Origin: Patescibacteria group bacterium
GTDB taxonomy: Bacteria > Patescibacteriota > Microgenomatia > Levybacterales > UBA12049
Direction: 5' to 3'
DNA length: 64,000 nt
NCBI GenBank assembly: GCA_026004395.1
Contig: BPJB01000001.1
Coordinates: forward strand, 841,226 to 905,225
The notes under the pieces were generated by a model, which worked only from the letters and a program-made list of their open reading frames with translations, searched no databases and was not told where the DNA came from. The position numbers and the translations under genes are program-made. This document shows, in pieces, positions 60,601-64,000 of the stretch; position 1 is the stretch's first letter; each line of letters begins with the position of its first letter.

Positions 60601-60726
60601 AACTGTTTGATTAATACCTACGGCAGCGATAGCAATCTCTGGCAATAAAAAAATACAAGTTAAAATAATGAATGCGCAAAATATTACTAAAAATGATTTT
60701 AAACGGATAAAGATAAACATAAACAA
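57622..60726 (-). CDS. Large fibrous surface protein with YadA/Hep_Hag-like head repeats
   Basis: Signal peptide; SFQGKL...DGEMSP N-terminal domain; GNVGIG repeats; 14-aa ASGxxSxAxG repeats. Confidence 0.75.
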   Translation of the reverse strand: MFMFIFIRLKSFLVIFCAFIILTCIFLLPEIAIAAVGINQTVSFQGKLVNSDGTNVANGDYNLEFKIYQGGDGVPGGGDETLKWTETRTGSNKVAVTDGIFRVNLGSVTAFGTNVDWNQDTLWLSINVGGTGTTPSWDGEMSPFIRLTATPYAFNSQKVNGLTVTNTADNPFSSTTTLKIGDGKTVVLNNSITFSGTDGTTITFPNANDTVVVLDLAQTLTNKTIGSTGLVFSSASTDITTVSNQDLAIIPNGTGNVGIGLTNPVGKFAVSNASQTAIGKALVIFDQYEAQDLFTASSSGITKFVLSNSGNILLAAGSGIDSLTSGTIILGGGANTTGVTLGKAGGTLTLPAFTGNNAVLFATAGTGVLSAATTSTSGLCLLSGGGGYAPSWSACPVGGGGSSNWTLDSANGVLFPINNTLDILLGGTATSSAKFGFLNINSGIPTASISGNLSLAVPTGATPANQLNLLNGGSLTIRISPGGDTGLADALQITKGGSILATGNTTFGTTPTSGAGNRMMWIPAKAAFRAGRAGGTHWDDSNIGSYSVAFGESARASGTHSFATGNFTVASGNYSAAFGYGNTASGTYAFVAGGNNSTAAGSNSLVLGNLSTANNAGSIVIGERADSNANNAIVIGTGVNTLNHLNSTVANSLTIGFNSTVGTLFVGPGSGAGTYGNVGIGTNSIEGLFKVQGAKTGKALAIFDETGDQAIFTASKSGLTKFLIDNNGNVGIGTTVPSNLLDVVSVSDSTVDLSHISNTTGTSSSNVDGLQIDFQTSGTTVSVDNSGLRVNITRGNTGSSSTLEGIYIGDLGGGDHANVTTTALRIGTGWERGIVIESGGSTGEGFVYTGAGRPLKTITLSAEYPGAILTASGSATTIGTMISDASPSAALSNFQNYYEWSSSQSTLNDYTIAVRVTLPRDFSAWATTDSAIKIKFNTELTTTDSNKLDVLIYNTDISLSAVDQATPVVYRQANVSSTQKTWSEITISASELDSGANRDIDTGGETMVIYLKMYSKNNNYVQVGDIILNYLAKF

Positions 60727-60946
60727 AACAATAAATCACAGAGAAGTTTTGAAATTTTTAATACCTATATTAATTAGAAAATTTTCTCAGGATGAGGTCA
60801 AATTTTTACAAATATTGCATAAAATGATTTAATATTGCATATTTTTGCATATTTAATTAATGCATAAAATTTTTATTTCAACACAAAATCTCTTCCACTT
60901 GCCATAAATTGGTAATTTTTTTAAACTGATTTTAAAGGAGATTAAA

Positions 60947-62026
60947 ATGCCAGAACAACTCCTCAAAAGATTTTTTTTAATTTTTATGATGATTTTATTA
61001 ATCAACATTACTTTTTTTTCTACTATTGTTTTTGCCGGTCCAACAAGTACCAACTTCAAACTCGAAAGCTATACTTTTGGAGGAGGCGGATCAGAAGCTA
61101 CATCAACAAATTACAAAATTCAGGGAACGATAGGAGAAATCTCAGGAAAATCCAACTCTACAACATTTAAAATGGGTGCAGGATTGACTTTTCTTCTGAA
61201 TGCTCATACACCTCCTGCACCGACTCTTAGCAATCCCGGATCAAACTACGATCGTCTGAAGATAATTATCAATCAAGGTGGAAATGCTCCAGATGTCACC
61301 TATGCACTTGCTATTAGTACTGATAATTTTGTCTCTGATATAAAATACATCAAAAGTGATGCCACAGTTGGCACTACACTTTCAGCAAGTGATTTTCAAA
61401 CTTACTCCAGTTGGGGAGGCGCTTCCGGGTTTTATGTTACTGGACTTTCACAAAATACCACATATTACGTTAGAGCCAAAGCACGACATGGAACAGTAAG
61501 CTATACTGAGTCCGAATGGGGACCTGCAACAAGTGGTGTGACAACTTCAGTACCCACCCTAACATTTAGCGTCAGCTCCAGTACTGTTACCTTTGATAAT
61601 CTCAACGCAGGCAATTCCTATACTGATAGTAGCAAAACAACCGTGCTTACTGTATCAACCAATGCATACAACGGATATGTTGTCAACGCTAGATCAACAG
61701 GTCCTCTAACTAACGGATCCAATACCATTGCTGACTATTCAAGCCCCAACTCAGCCCCAACCGTCTGGAGTGGAACAGGATTTGGTTATACCACCAATGA
61801 CAACGATCTCTCAGGTGGAACAAACAACAGATTTGCATCAGGGACAAAGTATGCAGGATTTACTACCGCATCTCCCGGAGATCCCGTAGCTGATCATCAA
61901 GGACCAGTTACATCTCCTATTAATAATGAACAATTTACTATTAGCTATAGAGTTACAGCTGACTCATCAACAAAAGCAGGCACCTACACAACTACTGTTC
62001 TTTATAACGTAGTACCAGAGTATTAA
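60947..62026 (+). CDS. Secreted FN3-like protein with WxL-like C-terminal domain
   Basis: Signal peptide; TGLSQNTTYYVRAKA; LTVSTNAYNGY; C-terminal AGTYTTTVLYNVVPEY. Confidence 0.65.
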   Translation: MPEQLLKRFFLIFMMILLINITFFSTIVFAGPTSTNFKLESYTFGGGGSEATSTNYKIQGTIGEISGKSNSTTFKMGAGLTFLLNAHTPPAPTLSNPGSNYDRLKIIINQGGNAPDVTYALAISTDNFVSDIKYIKSDATVGTTLSASDFQTYSSWGGASGFYVTGLSQNTTYYVRAKARHGTVSYTESEWGPATSGVTTSVPTLTFSVSSSTVTFDNLNAGNSYTDSSKTTVLTVSTNAYNGYVVNARSTGPLTNGSNTIADYSSPNSAPTVWSGTGFGYTTNDNDLSGGTNNRFASGTKYAGFTTASPGDPVADHQGPVTSPINNEQFTISYRVTADSSTKAGTYTTTVLYNVVPEY

Positions 62027-62045
62027 TTTAAAACAATATCTTTAT

Positions 62046-62984
62046 ATGTCGAAATATATCTTAAGGATAATTAATCATACAATAATAACTTTATGTTCTT
62101 TTTGGGTACTGTTATTTATTTTGTCATCCAATGTGCAGGCTATTTCTCCTGCTGATCAAAGATACACTATTCGCGTATCTCCGCTTATTATTCCTCTCTC
62201 ACTTTCTCCTCAAAAAGTAATCAAACAAGAAATAATAGTAGAGAATTTAAGCAGCAAACCCTACCCACTAAAAGTTAATTTTTCAGATTTTATCTCAACA
62301 GAAGATGGTGGATATGTTTTCCCTGAAAGAAACACCTCGCCTCTTATATCTTGGATCAGTGTAAAACCTACAGAGTTTATCATACCTGCAAAAGCAAAAC
62401 AAAAAATACTTGTTACTATCAAAACACCCCGCGATATACCTGTTGGAGGATATTATGGAATGCTTTTTTTTGAGCCGGTACTTCCTATCTCGAGTACAAA
62501 GTCAACACAGATCATCAGCCGTGTTGGAGTCCTTTTACTAGGAACAGTAGGGGTGATCAATGAAAAATCTCAAAAAGCTCAAATTGTAACATTTAGTCTT
62601 CCTCATCTGATTTTTGATCGCAAAACAACACTGCTCTTGCGTGTAAAAAATATTTCACTGCATCATTTTACAGGAAAACCTATTTTCTCACTATCTCCAC
62701 TTTTTGGAGAAGAAACCAAACAATTTCTTGAAGAAAAAATAGTCTTCCCCGGTAAGATAAGGCGCTGGGAAATACCAATTGAGGTCTCAAAATACCCCAT
62801 AAACTTTGTAAAAGTGAAGCTTGATCTATCAACTGGTGGAGGCAATATAGTTACTGCTCAGACGTTTGTTGTCGTCTTCCCTTTCACTACTATTATAGTA
62901 ATAGCAATAATAATTTTAATTGCTCTTTTAGCTTTAAAAAGAAGGCGTCAGCTGATCAAGGCGCTGCATATTCTCATCCGATAA
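62046..62984 (+). CDS. DUF916/DUF3324-like (WxL-interacting-type) membrane protein
   Basis: VSPLI...VEN...SWI...IPAK...PVGGYYG...RVKN; C-terminal TM plus basic tail. Confidence 0.65.
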   Translation: MSKYILRIINHTIITLCSFWVLLFILSSNVQAISPADQRYTIRVSPLIIPLSLSPQKVIKQEIIVENLSSKPYPLKVNFSDFISTEDGGYVFPERNTSPLISWISVKPTEFIIPAKAKQKILVTIKTPRDIPVGGYYGMLFFEPVLPISSTKSTQIISRVGVLLLGTVGVINEKSQKAQIVTFSLPHLIFDRKTTLLLRVKNISLHHFTGKPIFSLSPLFGEETKQFLEEKIVFPGKIRRWEIPIEVSKYPINFVKVKLDLSTGGGNIVTAQTFVVVFPFTTIIVIAIIILIALLALKRRRQLIKALHILIR

Positions 62985-63055
62985 AAAACTCAAGTTTTAT
63001 TATTTTATTACTTTTATTACTTGACAAATAATATCAAAACTCATATTGTTAAAAT

Positions 63056-64000
63056 ATGCCTGTCCTATATAGAATCTTAACAAAAAAACAGTTGCTGCAG
63101 CAACTTAAGCGTTATTTAGTACTTCTTCTAGTTCTGCTTCTTATACTTCCACCATTCTCTCCTTTAACTGTCTTGACAGCGAATGCAGGCACACTCAGCA
63201 ACGCAAAAGTACTGATTAATAACTCTCAAGCTAGTGCAACCAATGTCAGTTATAACTTCAGGTTTACAACTCCGGCAACAACAGCCATTGGTAAAGTAGT
63301 CATCCAATTCTGTACTACCGCTTCGGGTTCATGCACTACTCCAACAGGAATGACGACTACAGGAGCCACGCGTGTCAATGATAATATTGCTGGAACTGGA
63401 CGAACAGATACATTTACCACCAACGGCACAATTTCAGTAGATATCACGACCCCAGCGGCACAATCTGCACAAAATGTAGTCATGGATTTTACAGGTATTA
63501 CTAATCCCTCAACTACCAATACATCACACTTTGCTCGTATCACTACCTATCAATCAGATGACACAACAGTACTTGATACTGCAACAGTTGCTTTTGCTAC
63601 TCTAGACACTAGCTCCATAGCAGTCTCAGCAACAGTTGATCCAACACTCACTTTTACAGTGGCAGGGGTTACAGGAGATGGTTCAGCAACTGTCAATGGT
63701 GCTACGATAACCAACGGACTTGCAACTACAGCCACCACAATACCATTCGGTACGCTCACTGTAGGCACACCTAAGATTGCTGCCCATGATGTAACGATAA
63801 CAACCAATGCAGTAAATGGCTATACAGTTACAGCCTCCCACTCTGCTACATCTCAAACAGGAAATCCACCTCTTGTCTCTGGTACATCCAATAACATTGA
63901 CAGCTTCACTGGGACCAATGCATCTCCTACCACATGGTCATCTCCAGCTGGAACAAGCGCTAATGTCAATACAGGTTTTTTTGGATACACAACGGAGGAT
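63056..64000 (+). CDS. Secreted Thr/Ser-rich WxL-like surface protein (runs off the window)
   Basis: Frame open from ATG 63056 to the window end; signal peptide; VDPTLTF, TTNAVNGY, PTTWS, GFFGYTT shared with the 60947 protein. Confidence 0.8.
   Translation, partial: MPVLYRILTKKQLLQQLKRYLVLLLVLLLILPPFSPLTVLTANAGTLSNAKVLINNSQASATNVSYNFRFTTPATTAIGKVVIQFCTTASGSCTTPTGMTTTGATRVNDNIAGTGRTDTFTTNGTISVDITTPAAQSAQNVVMDFTGITNPSTTNTSHFARITTYQSDDTTVLDTATVAFATLDTSSIAVSATVDPTLTFTVAGVTGDGSATVNGATITNGLATTATTIPFGTLTVGTPKIAAHDVTITTNAVNGYTVTASHSATSQTGNPPLVSGTSNNIDSFTGTNASPTTWSSPAGTSANVNTGFFGYTTED

Overview
A 64 kb AT-rich bacterial chromosome segment using genetic code 11. Its gene content and protein styles point to Patescibacteria/CPR, most likely Microgenomates; this assignment is inferred from a CPR-type pilin, PaaX/Cas2-like and TrpR-like solo regulators, an N-terminally extended L1 and Pro/Thr-linker surface proteins. 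From left to right it holds: (1) topA (partial), dprA, an L,D-transpeptidase, mreB-mreC-mreD-mrdA, an O-antigen-ligase/TPR gene, def-fmt, rpmB and an M50 protease; (2) a ~195-nt structured ncRNA candidate (6S-like); (3) a fragmented tRNA-Thr/Tyr/Thr-rpmG-tRNA-Trp-secE-nusG-rplKA-rplJL superoperon interrupted by accessory genes; (4) a 1342-aa secreted multidomain protein and a pilin; (5) decayed IS1595, IS4 and IS481 elements around a ~1.5 kb GC-rich foreign fragment bounded by 23-bp direct repeats; (6) carbohydrate-active and surface genes ending in a WxL/DUF916-like cluster. The most notable unexplained signals are a 38-52 bp palindromic element in four copies, two of which bracket the PaaX/Cas2-like gene; a parallel repeat bracketing a TrpR-like gene; a leaderless 25-aa leader peptide with full attenuator architecture; and repeated leaderless promoters with the -10 box exactly 6 nt before the start codon. 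All calls were made by eye and no database searches were run.
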